Assembly (NCBI GenBank): GCA_032250835.1
Contig: JAVVEA010000001.1
Location: 224,001 to 288,000 of the forward strand
Length of the DNA stretch: 64,000 nt
Direction of reading: 5' to 3'
DNA from: a bacterium
GTDB lineage: Bacteria; SAR324; XYD2-FULL-50-16
The notes beneath the pieces were generated by a model, which had not been told where the DNA came from, did not search any database, and saw only the letters and a program-made list of their open reading frames with translations. The translations under genes were made by a program, and so were the position numbers. Shown here piece by piece: positions 30,501-39,025 of the stretch; within the stretch, counting starts at the first letter, position 1; every line of letters starts with the position of its first letter.

Positions 30501-33036
30501 GGTTGTTAGCTAAATCAACCTCGCTACCTTCGCCGTCCAGTTCCAGGTGAACAACCAAGCGGTAATTACCCGGAGGCGCATTAACAGGGACTTCTAGGCG
30601 CTTATTCCAGCGCAAATCCTGGGACTCGGCTTTTAGGCCTTCAAAGCGATCACTGCCCTGTAAGTCAAAGGCCAACTTGGCTTCATGCTCCAACCGATAG
30701 TGAACACGAAAGGCACCACTAGACTTTTGCCCGAGATTCCCGGCCTTTAGATCGACATAAAAACCCTGTCCCGGTTGTAGACCCCCAACCGCCGCCTTCT
30801 CGTCCAGCCGTACCCAGAGATCAGGCAAGCCCGCTAAACGAGCGGCTTCCAACTCGTTGTAAAGATCATCCAGTTCTTCTAATTCGTCATCCAAATCAGC
30901 ATCCAGAGCGGCCTGTTTATTCTTCGCCAGAACCTCTCGGATGCCTTTGCGGGCCGTTTCGATGCTGTCTAAATCAGGCCGTTTTTGGATTACCGCAGAT
31001 AGTTGTTTGAGGTTCGAGATTAGCTGTTGCAACGCAACCTCTTGCTGGCCCTGCTCAATAAAAGCTTCCTTAGCTTGGTTGTATTGCGAGAGGCCGCGCC
31101 TTGCCAGACCCATCCGGTAATAGATCATCGGATAATCTTGGGCCAAGGAAAAAAGCGACTGGAAGGCCGAAAGGGATTCTTCGTAACGACCTTCATCTAA
31201 TAGTTTTTGCCCCAACTTGGCGAACTCTTCGATCAAGAAAGATTCGTCGCTTTGGCTGCTTAGGTTGCTCTTGCCTTCTTTCACCTGGGTTTTTAATTCC
31301 TGGTTCAAGGCGGCCCTAGCCGATAAAGAGATGCGGCTGAGCGAAGCGTTTAAGACATTCAAGGCGGTCTTTACGTCCCCTTGTTCGGCGTAGACTTTAC
31401 TTAAGGATAGCGAAAGATTTAGGTTGGCGGGCTCCTCGTCTAATTGGTCTTGCAGGGCGGCGGCGATGCGGTCGCCGCGGCCTTCGGCCAGATAGAGGGC
31501 GATCATTTCTTCTCGGGCCTTAAAGTCCAAAGCTTCCAACTGCTTGGCCCGCTGCAGGTCTAGTTTCTGGGCCTGTTCCTGGTCGGCTATCGGGTAGGAC
31601 AGTTCAGGCAGGCCTTTAAACAAGGTAAATTCCTCAACCCGCAGTCCGCTTAATTGTTCCTCAAGGCTGGGCTCCATCACCTGAGGCAGTTGGGGCACGG
31701 CTCTGAGCGTTTTGGAAGCGGGACCGGGACCGTCGGGGCCGATGGACCGTATACGATAATAGACCGCCTGATCGTTGGTCAGGTTTAGGTGCTCAAACTG
31801 GGGTACTTGCAGCTGTTTACTTTGAACTTTGTCTTGCGGCCACTGGGGATCAAAGCAATATTCTAACCGGTAACCTAGGGCCCCGGCCACTTCGGGCCAA
31901 CCCAACAAAACCCGCTGATCCCCCACCTGTGCCGCCAAGTTAGGGGCCGACAGCTGGACCGGAACCCTCAACTTGACTGGAGCCGAAGCGGCACTCTCTT
32001 GGGCGTCTGTAAAAGCCGCCACCCGGCAATATTTGGTGGTCCCCACCGCGAGACCGCTGATCCGGTGACCTGGGTCAACGGGTTCTCCGGTTCCGGGCAC
32101 AAATTCAAAATCTGCTTGGTCGCCGCAATACAACCGGTATCCGGTAACATCAGGTAGGGCTGGCCACGCCAAAACAAAGGCCCCCTCTTCTGCGGAAAGT
32201 TCGACTACCGGCGCACTTAGCCTGGACTCCTGAGACCAACCCGAAACTAGGTCGCCGGGCCGCTTAGCGGTGTTAGCCTGCCTGAACTGCGGCTCCGAGA
32301 CGGGGCCCCCTGCATACTGTAGGGTGATTTGCTCAAGCGTCAGATCGTCGGATTTTAAGGGGGGTTGGTTGAAGACATAGTCTTGTGGGTTCGCCATCTG
32401 CCCACCCCGACGGTCTTCTACCACCACTCCCCGGCCATTAGGCAATTGCCTAAAGCGGAGCGATTGGTAGGCCGAACTTTTGTCTAACAGGGTTCCGAAA
32501 GAAGCATCAAAAAGCTTCACCTCCAACCAGGCTTCAGATTCGCGCAGAATAAATCCCGCCCCTAACCATAACTGCACTCGGTTGCTGGTTTGGTATTGCG
32601 GTGCTGATAGGGTGACCCCGCGCCAACGGCGGCGTTCACCTTGACTAACCACCACCAAGGCCACCGGTTCAAAGGATTTTTCAGACTGCCCTGTGAGGGT
32701 AAAAGATAGCGCGAAAGCCCGCCGTTCGGGATCATAGATAAAATCGATAGGCGATATTGTGATGTCTTGCCCTTTCCGATAGATTGGGGCTAAAGGTTTG
32801 ATTTGGCGGTTCGGTTTGGGCGAGGAACTTTCGGTTGGCTCGGGAGGCTCGGCCAACGGAAGTGAGCTGGATTGCACCGGTAAAGGTTCTCGTTTCAGCG
32901 CACTAGGCTCAACAATTTGTTTTTTTACGGCGGGTTTTGGATCTTGGCAACTCGCTGCATATCCCAGACATAGCAACACCAGACCGCACTTGCGGCCATA
33001 GCTAACCCATTTTTTTATGCTGTTTAAAAACAACAA
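27520..33036 (-). CDS. Giant lipoprotein with FN3-like, TPR and multiple CARDB-like Ig domains
   Basis: Lipobox AASC, two LSAP...W...GYRL FN3 repeats, two TPR blocks, ~7 DL...G...N.G...S...G.YRL...(ANN) CARDB-like repeats, terminal FRW...Y...YWRVEG domain. TTG start is uncertain. Confidence 0.8.
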   Translation of the reverse strand: MLFLNSIKKWVSYGRKCGLVLLCLGYAASCQDPKPAVKKQIVEPSALKREPLPVQSSSLPLAEPPEPTESSSPKPNRQIKPLAPIYRKGQDITISPIDFIYDPERRAFALSFTLTGQSEKSFEPVALVVVSQGERRRWRGVTLSAPQYQTSNRVQLWLGAGFILRESEAWLEVKLFDASFGTLLDKSSAYQSLRFRQLPNGRGVVVEDRRGGQMANPQDYVFNQPPLKSDDLTLEQITLQYAGGPVSEPQFRQANTAKRPGDLVSGWSQESRLSAPVVELSAEEGAFVLAWPALPDVTGYRLYCGDQADFEFVPGTGEPVDPGHRISGLAVGTTKYCRVAAFTDAQESAASAPVKLRVPVQLSAPNLAAQVGDQRVLLGWPEVAGALGYRLEYCFDPQWPQDKVQSKQLQVPQFEHLNLTNDQAVYYRIRSIGPDGPGPASKTLRAVPQLPQVMEPSLEEQLSGLRVEEFTLFKGLPELSYPIADQEQAQKLDLQRAKQLEALDFKAREEMIALYLAEGRGDRIAAALQDQLDEEPANLNLSLSLSKVYAEQGDVKTALNVLNASLSRISLSARAALNQELKTQVKEGKSNLSSQSDESFLIEEFAKLGQKLLDEGRYEESLSAFQSLFSLAQDYPMIYYRMGLARRGLSQYNQAKEAFIEQGQQEVALQQLISNLKQLSAVIQKRPDLDSIETARKGIREVLAKNKQAALDADLDDELEELDDLYNELEAARLAGLPDLWVRLDEKAAVGGLQPGQGFYVDLKAGNLGQKSSGAFRVHYRLEHEAKLAFDLQGSDRFEGLKAESQDLRWNKRLEVPVNAPPGNYRLVVHLELDGEGSEVDLANNRADGGYALGIVEPRADLKVALTDQPQKQDLQRGAAFGVKLQIQNQGFLASQAYRVELYLRHQKGQEVNLVTSPLFEPLGEPQASQSWEPSVTLPERLVEGSYHLAARLLDAQGKPLADSEPTQSLVTYRYTAPFIDLGLAWTQPPKDVWVKPGQPFKIQLGLVNQGNQRSQDFAVGYRLIDDQGVEHPLEGLDPFKGLDPAAGPQSWDRELRPGTDLPQGAYRLVARLEGAALAEDRQSANNQLLAPEPVHILPLYRRGVLAQARQELTQRLQTQPSDLSASLGLAHLNAEAKQRVQLLLGVSAYFDQLPWEAQRGLAASLKTPEQAKGVLGDARFAFEDFRNLAAKLAATGESQTALDLLQRLLALVPGEPATASQLAALQVKIGRPNAARQTLVKALALQPDKGLLLALTPLHQSDPRPATWRSLNAGWKAWASTQKQPEEAQQALKTLKPALPQTDKLQIAIRGLAERAKVTPGQILSFDLSLASEQAIEKSLEVHFQLVEQSGYVLDLHQPLRVNRLPKGRQQVNRQVKLPDFLPPGVFRLRAWSEGLAGTTRAQAPALWLHGPANLAIQGFAHHRKGAQIEIQLAWKNLGGGDSSNSRLLLWHHPNEGGEQFLLATVQLPDLAPSVGQRQIQRSFRWEQLKDLPAGRLRAQIQSDGPEGFLALDNQAFSANPLGGAGLDLQLLGVELRERRLVAGQPLNLLLRLQGEPKGAAKLWLQSPQGKILLGNLALPKAQKGPSGEQVYALQATCPDIPAGSYRVALQVDGLEWLASEQLKSGPAKLQVKFVDLLGQDLLPGGELRLKLAIENSGYSTSQSQSLKLSLVGAKTYSLGELKLAPLPPSADAKLIEGRWSLPKDLAQDNYRLLIQGDQLAARSKEDLSVRPLRAESPSEMQVFLPGQAPSFRWSAVGSGKYRLAFSPDPDFKGRGTVLRLDWTEQSEQLPSALQWNLIWSLSQNGNRPLYWRVEGQGLSHTELASGPRRLRLRNRP

Positions 33037-36000
33037 AGATTCTATCCAGATAAAAGTGGTTGCCGCTGTGGCGGGGGTCCTTTTGTCTTTGAGCGTCGCT
33101 CAGAGCCCGTCCCAAGCAGCCCAGTTGAGCGATAAACGTATCCAAGAAATAGGCCAATCTATTGAAAAAGAGCCATCATTTGAACGGAAAACCAAACTAT
33201 TTCTATTATTGATCGAAGACCGTCAGTTAGCCAAGGATGCGTTGGGTGAAACGAAATGGCGCACCGCGTTAGAAGCCCAATTGGCGGCCCACCCAGAGGA
33301 ACAAAAAAAACTTCGTTGGGCGAATTTGCTTTCGCTCGCCGCTGCCGCCTGGCAAGCCGAGCAAGCGCCCCAAGCCAAAGAAGCGCTCAACAGACTGCTG
33401 ACGTTGCTGCCGCCCCAAGAAACTCAGGCCCGCTATTTAGCCCAGCAGCATTTGGCTAAAATCGCCGAAATTGAAGGGGACCTGAAGGCCCAGGAAAGCC
33501 ATCTTTCCAAATATGTGTTGTCTTATGCGCCGGGCGCAGAGTTTTACGCAAGTGCTGGCGGATTCCCTCGATTAGTGCAGTTGGCGGCCAAGACCCAAAG
33601 CGGCAAAGAACACTTGTACTACCGTACCTGGGCCCAGGTGGCCGCCGCACGGGGCAAAGCAGAAGACCGCAAGCAGGTCTTAACTGCTTGGGTCAACTTT
33701 GCCGCCTCAGGTGCCTCAAATTACCAGCCCGAACCCTTTGAGCAATTGGCTGAGGTCTACCGCAGCGAAGGAGACTTAGAACGCTTGCGGGAATTATTGG
33801 AGCTACAAGCCCAACAAGAACCGGACGATCAGCGCAGGATGTCGGTCTTTGAAGCCCAAATTGCTTTGGAACGCAGCGCGGGCCGTCCCCCGAGTCTTCC
33901 GGTGGTCACCCGGCTGTTGCAGTTACGCCGTGCCGCGGGCTTGGAAGTGCGTGACTTGCTTGAGGAGTTGGCCCAACGCAGCGACTATTCGGGCCGCGCC
34001 GAAGCCTTGCGTGAGTTGGCCAGTTTAACGCTCAAGGCCGAAGACTGGCTGCCGGCGCTCAAAACCCATCAAGACCTTTTAGCGCTCACGCCCAAGGCCT
34101 CGCAAGAAGCGCAATTACTGTTAAATAACTTAATCCAAATCAGCGATAAGTTGGGCAAAGTCGAGCTTTCCATTTTGTACCGACGCCAAAAGGTCTTAGG
34201 CGAAGCACCGGGAGACCCGCAGAACAAAGCCGCCGCCTTTGGCTGGTTGATGGACCGCCTGTGGGCAGCAGAAGACCACCAAGCCGCCGTCCAGTTATAC
34301 AAAGACACCACCAGCCGTACCTGGGCACAAGCCAGTTTTGAAGGCTCCGCTCAGTTGCATTATTTGGGCGCGCGGGCCTTTGAAGCCCAGGGCGACTTCG
34401 CCAAAGCCAACCTGCTTTATGGACAAGCCTTAGAACAAAACCAAGCCCAGGGACAAGCAGCCCAAGCAATCGCTTTAGCGCGAAAATTAGCGGCACTGGC
34501 TAAAGCCCACTTCCCTGGAGAGCCCGAGGCGCAGGCCCAAGAGCGGCTGCGGGATCTATATGCCGCCCAAGGAAATCCCTCTGGAGAAGCCAAAGCTACG
34601 CTATTATTAGCCCAAAAGCGCGAAAGCTTGGGCCAACAAAAGCTGGCCGTTTCCTTATACGAACGGGCCCTTAAGCTATACCGACAGGTCGGCGACCAGA
34701 ACCGGGTGGATGAACTATTGACCCTTTTAGCCAACGCCCGAGGTGGAGCGCCTGAGGAGCGCTTGGCTCGGCTGAAAGAACTGGAATCGACCCAAGGGGA
34801 AGACCCCAAGTCGCAGATCGTCACCCGCGTCGAGTTGGGCCATCTATACAGCCAGCTAAAAAAGACCGACTTGGCGCTGGCCGCTTACCAAGACGCCTTC
34901 GCCATGAATCAACAAGACCCGCAGCTTCGCCTTCAAGCCGCTGAACGGGCGGCTAACTTGCTGGTTCAGTTAGGGCAGGCTCAAGCAGCCGACCAACTCT
35001 TTAGCCAAGCCGAAGAGCTCTTAAAAGAACCGCCCCAGGACCCCAAAACCACGGATCTTTTGGTTGCCCTCTTGCGGGCCCACGCCAACCAGCTAAACCT
35101 TCAGGGCCAATCTGAACGAGCCTTACAGCGCCTAGATCTTTGGCTTAACCGGCTTAGCGGCGAAGCCAGACTGGACCTGATGCAAGCCAAGGGCGCGGTC
35201 CTTCTGCAAGCCCAACGCCCTCAAGAGGCGGCTCAGCTGCTAGAACAAGCCAGCCAAGGCTTGCCCTACGAGCAGGCGCTGCGCCTCCGAGGCCTCTTGG
35301 CAAAGGCCCAATTAGCTCAAGGTGATTACGCCCCGGCCTTAAAAACGATCGAGGCCCTGTTGGAACAACAAAAGACCCCCTTAAACGAGGCCCAGGTTGA
35401 GTTGACCAGCCTCAAAAGCTATGCCTTAAACCGCTTGGGCCGCCTCAACGAGGCCTTGGCTAACCAGCAGGCCTTGGTCCAAAGCCTCACCACCCAGGGG
35501 CCCGAGGGACCCCTTTCGTCTGCGGAGCTTCAACTAGCGGGTTATCAGTTAGAAGGCGGCCAACCGGGAAAGGCCCAAGAGGTTTTAGAGCGGATCAAGC
35601 TGCGTGAAGGGGTGGGTGCGGAATTACAGGCCAAGGCCTTATTATTAGAAGCTAAAATAGCCCAACAACGCAGCCAACCCGCCAAAGCGCACCAGGCCTT
35701 TGAAGCCCTTGAGCCCCTCCTTGCGGGCGGGCAGTTCCCGGAGCTAAGCGCCGAGGCTCACTACCAACGGGGCTTTTTGCAGTTAAAACAGCAGCAATTT
35801 GCCCAAGCGCTTGAGTCCTTTAGCCAAGCCGAAAAGGAATACTTCCGCCTGGGCCGACCCCAAGAACGCGACCAATGCCGTTTGGCCCAAGCCAACTTAC
35901 AAGCCCAAAGGGGTCAGTACAAACCCGCCAGGGAAGCGATTGACAAGGTCCTGAGCGAAGCCCCACAGGCCAGCCCATTGCGCGGCGACGCCTTAAACCT

Positions 36001-38518
36001 ACGCGGCTTTTTACAGTCCGAGCAGGGGCAATATTCCGAGGCTCTAGAAACCAGCCAAGCAGCCGAGGATTTTTATCAAGCCCAAGGCCAAGAAGCCCAA
36101 CTGCCGGAGGTACTTAACTCCCGAGGTCTGATCTACCTAAAGATGCGCGATCTACAGCAGGCCGAGATCACCCTGAATGCCGCCTGGGAGGCGGCCCAAA
36201 AGTCGGGTAACCGGGTCTTGATGGCTGAAGTGGCCAATAACCTGGGCGGGTTGTACCGAGGCTTAGGGCAGCTAGAAAAGGCCCAAAAAAGCCTGCTCAA
36301 GGCCTCGGAACTACAACGCGAATTGGGCTTGGATAGTCAGTTGGCCTTAACCTACAACAACCTAGGGGCCCTTTACTTGGAACAGGAAGACTACCCCCAA
36401 GCCCTAGACTTCCTCCAACGCGCCCAACAGCAAGCCCGAAGCTTTGACCTCAAGAAAGAAGAAGCCCTAGCTTGGAACAACCTGGGGATTTTACACTTCC
36501 GCCAAGACCAACGCCCAGCAGCTCAAAAGGCCTTTGAAGAAGCCATCAAAGGACAAAAAGTCCTAGGTCTAGACCTCGAGCAGGCCCGCTCGCTCAACAA
36601 CTTGGCCTTTTTAGCCCAGGCCAGCGGCAACTTGGAGTTAGCCTTAGAGCGGGTCCAAGAAGCGGTGGCGCTGTTGTCCTTTAAGCCCTTAGATAAAAAA
36701 ACTCGATTCCCTACGCCTGAAGCGGCTTCGGTTTTAGCACCGGATCTAATGACCGGCTTTTTGCTGAACCGGGGAAGTTTTTTGAAACAACTGGCCGATT
36801 CCAAAAAAGGCAAAGAACAACGTCAGTTGCAGGTTTCCGGCTATGAAAGCTTCGCGCTGGCCATTGAGCTATTAGAAACCCAGCGCAGCAGCATCAAAGG
36901 CGAAGAGTCCCAGCAAATGCTGATGCAGAGCAATATCGACCTCTACCAACAGTTGATCGCTCTGCTTTTTGACCTAGGAAAAAATGACCCCGGCGGTCCG
37001 TACCACCAAAAGGCCTTTTACTACGCCGAAGCCTCGCGGGCCCGTAGCTTTTTAGACCGCCTCCAAGAACAAGCCGCCAAAGCGAGCCTAACGCTCCCAG
37101 CGGATTTACGACAAAAGGAAGAGGGCCTGAGGCTGCGCCAAGAGGAACTGAACCTAGCGATCTTCGCCGAGTTAAGCAAAGAACCGGCGCTCAGGGACCG
37201 CAAAAAAATAGAACAGTGGCAGCTAGAAAAGGTTGAGGTGCAATTAGCCTTCACCAAGCTGGCAACGGCCATCGAAAAGCAGTTTCCGGCCTTTGCTAGC
37301 CTCAAATACCCAAAGATTATGGACGTAGAAGGGGTCCGCAAAAATCTATTAGATGCAGACAGCCGATTACTCAGCTATTTTCTTGGGGACGACCGCAGCT
37401 TTGGTTGGAGTATTGGCAAAGGGGGCTTTGAGATGCTGCAACTGCCCCCGGCCGGGGACATTGACGCTCTGGTTCGCTCTTACCGGGATACGTTGGTCAA
37501 CCCTTTGGTGGACGAAAACGACGACTCCAATGAGCTGATTCAGGACATGACCCAAATCCACCTAGCCACCGGGCTTAAGCTCTACCGGCAGTTGATCGCC
37601 CCGCTGATTGAGAAGAGTGAAGACCACAAAAAGTTGCTGATCATCCCCGATGGGGTGTTATATTATTTACCCTTCGAGACGACGCTGGTCAAAATCCACG
37701 CCCCCTCGGATACCCGTTATCCTAAAGGACGCGAATATTTGCTCTTTGAGCATGCGGTGCGATACGCCCCTTCGGCTAGCGTCTTGGCGACCATTGAAGA
37801 CCAGTTAGCGCGCCGTGACCCCGCCAAAACTAAGGCCCGTAAGGACTTTATCGGCTTTGGTGACCCAGAATATGGCCCCGAAAAAGCCGACGAAGCCAAC
37901 TTTAAATTCAACCCAGCCTTAAAGGCCCAAGGCTTTTACGACCTAGCCCGTCTTTTTGGAACCCGCAGCGAATTGAACAACATCTCGGAAATCTTCGCTG
38001 ATTCTAACCAGGTGTATCTACGCGAAGAGGCCCAGGAAAGCCGCGTCAAAAGCAGCCTACAGGGCTATAAATACGTCCACTTCGCCACCCACGGCATCTT
38101 GGACGAAAAAAACCCCGAGTTCAGCGGCGTGGTGTTGAACTTAGTTCAGCCAGATGGGGTAGAAGACGGCTTCTTGCAAACTTCCGAAGTGTTCGACCTT
38201 AAGGTAGATGCGGACTTGGTGGTTCTTTCGGCCTGCGAAACCGGCTTAGGTAAAGTAATCAAAGGGGAGGGCATGGTTGGCTTGACCCGCAGCTTTCTCT
38301 TTGCCGGCTCACCTTCGATTGTCGTATCCCTCTGGAGCGTCGCCGACGACAGCACCGCTCAGTTGATGATCCATTTTTACAAAAACCTAAACCAAGGGAT
38401 GGGTAAGACCGAGGCGCTTCGACAAGCGAAGATCACCTTGCTCCGCCAACAAGACGGTGACTACCTCCCCTACGCGGACCCTTTCTTTTGGGGTCCCTTC
38501 ATCCTCAACGGTGGTTAG
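33017..38518 (+). CDS. TPR-CHAT domain protein (caspase-clan cysteine peptidase) with predicted signal peptide
   Basis: Long TPR solenoid with NNLG repeats. CHAT motifs IIPDGVLYYLPFE, YAPSAS, HFATHG, LSACETG, SLWSVAD, ALRQAK, PFFWGPF. Confidence 0.92.
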   Translation: MLFKNNKDSIQIKVVAAVAGVLLSLSVAQSPSQAAQLSDKRIQEIGQSIEKEPSFERKTKLFLLLIEDRQLAKDALGETKWRTALEAQLAAHPEEQKKLRWANLLSLAAAAWQAEQAPQAKEALNRLLTLLPPQETQARYLAQQHLAKIAEIEGDLKAQESHLSKYVLSYAPGAEFYASAGGFPRLVQLAAKTQSGKEHLYYRTWAQVAAARGKAEDRKQVLTAWVNFAASGASNYQPEPFEQLAEVYRSEGDLERLRELLELQAQQEPDDQRRMSVFEAQIALERSAGRPPSLPVVTRLLQLRRAAGLEVRDLLEELAQRSDYSGRAEALRELASLTLKAEDWLPALKTHQDLLALTPKASQEAQLLLNNLIQISDKLGKVELSILYRRQKVLGEAPGDPQNKAAAFGWLMDRLWAAEDHQAAVQLYKDTTSRTWAQASFEGSAQLHYLGARAFEAQGDFAKANLLYGQALEQNQAQGQAAQAIALARKLAALAKAHFPGEPEAQAQERLRDLYAAQGNPSGEAKATLLLAQKRESLGQQKLAVSLYERALKLYRQVGDQNRVDELLTLLANARGGAPEERLARLKELESTQGEDPKSQIVTRVELGHLYSQLKKTDLALAAYQDAFAMNQQDPQLRLQAAERAANLLVQLGQAQAADQLFSQAEELLKEPPQDPKTTDLLVALLRAHANQLNLQGQSERALQRLDLWLNRLSGEARLDLMQAKGAVLLQAQRPQEAAQLLEQASQGLPYEQALRLRGLLAKAQLAQGDYAPALKTIEALLEQQKTPLNEAQVELTSLKSYALNRLGRLNEALANQQALVQSLTTQGPEGPLSSAELQLAGYQLEGGQPGKAQEVLERIKLREGVGAELQAKALLLEAKIAQQRSQPAKAHQAFEALEPLLAGGQFPELSAEAHYQRGFLQLKQQQFAQALESFSQAEKEYFRLGRPQERDQCRLAQANLQAQRGQYKPAREAIDKVLSEAPQASPLRGDALNLRGFLQSEQGQYSEALETSQAAEDFYQAQGQEAQLPEVLNSRGLIYLKMRDLQQAEITLNAAWEAAQKSGNRVLMAEVANNLGGLYRGLGQLEKAQKSLLKASELQRELGLDSQLALTYNNLGALYLEQEDYPQALDFLQRAQQQARSFDLKKEEALAWNNLGILHFRQDQRPAAQKAFEEAIKGQKVLGLDLEQARSLNNLAFLAQASGNLELALERVQEAVALLSFKPLDKKTRFPTPEAASVLAPDLMTGFLLNRGSFLKQLADSKKGKEQRQLQVSGYESFALAIELLETQRSSIKGEESQQMLMQSNIDLYQQLIALLFDLGKNDPGGPYHQKAFYYAEASRARSFLDRLQEQAAKASLTLPADLRQKEEGLRLRQEELNLAIFAELSKEPALRDRKKIEQWQLEKVEVQLAFTKLATAIEKQFPAFASLKYPKIMDVEGVRKNLLDADSRLLSYFLGDDRSFGWSIGKGGFEMLQLPPAGDIDALVRSYRDTLVNPLVDENDDSNELIQDMTQIHLATGLKLYRQLIAPLIEKSEDHKKLLIIPDGVLYYLPFETTLVKIHAPSDTRYPKGREYLLFEHAVRYAPSASVLATIEDQLARRDPAKTKARKDFIGFGDPEYGPEKADEANFKFNPALKAQGFYDLARLFGTRSELNNISEIFADSNQVYLREEAQESRVKSSLQGYKYVHFATHGILDEKNPEFSGVVLNLVQPDGVEDGFLQTSEVFDLKVDADLVVLSACETGLGKVIKGEGMVGLTRSFLFAGSPSIVVSLWSVADDSTAQLMIHFYKNLNQGMGKTEALRQAKITLLRQQDGDYLPYADPFFWGPFILNGG

Positions 38519-39025
38519 CGCGGGCCCGCCTAAGCGGGCCTAAGACGCACCCCTTCGGATTCTTTAAGAAACCGCCGCGTTGCCTTAAAACTTAGGCCCC
38601 TTAACATTCTGGGTAACTTAAGTGAATCCAGCCCATGCATTCATCAAAAAACCTCCCGGTAGGGCTCGGATTATAGGCTTTTTAACTTAGCCCGCTAAGG
38701 GTCGTCCCGAGGGGCTAAGGTTCAAGATAGAAGCCGCCGATTCAGTGGAGTCAAGCTAGGTAAATTCCGGCAGAAGCTTTCTTCTGGTTACCTTTTCGGT
38801 TAGCTACCCCGACCAGGGAAAGGCGCTTTGGTTGGTCTTTGCGTAGGGACCTTTTCTCTTGCTGCTTTCTTGCTTTTTCCTCATCGATCGTACATCGTCT
38901 AGCTTGGCCTGATCGCCCCATTGGGCAGGGATTATCGACCGCCAAAGAATTTTAAGCCGCCCTTGGATTCTCGAACCTATTCGAAACTTGGAAGGGGCAC
39001 CACCGCTGCCAACTTTAAGGGCCTC

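Noticed and set aside
33017-38518. CHAT protein as a CRISPR type III-E (Csx29/Craspase) or other anti-phage effector
   Set aside because: No cas genes, repeat-spacer array or NTPase sensor in the window, and all neighbours look exported.
38800-38880. c-di-GMP-I riboswitch (minus strand ACGCAAAG)
   Set aside because: Only the short ACGCAAAG word matches. I could not build the GCAAA/GNRA P2 stem or the P1 pairing.
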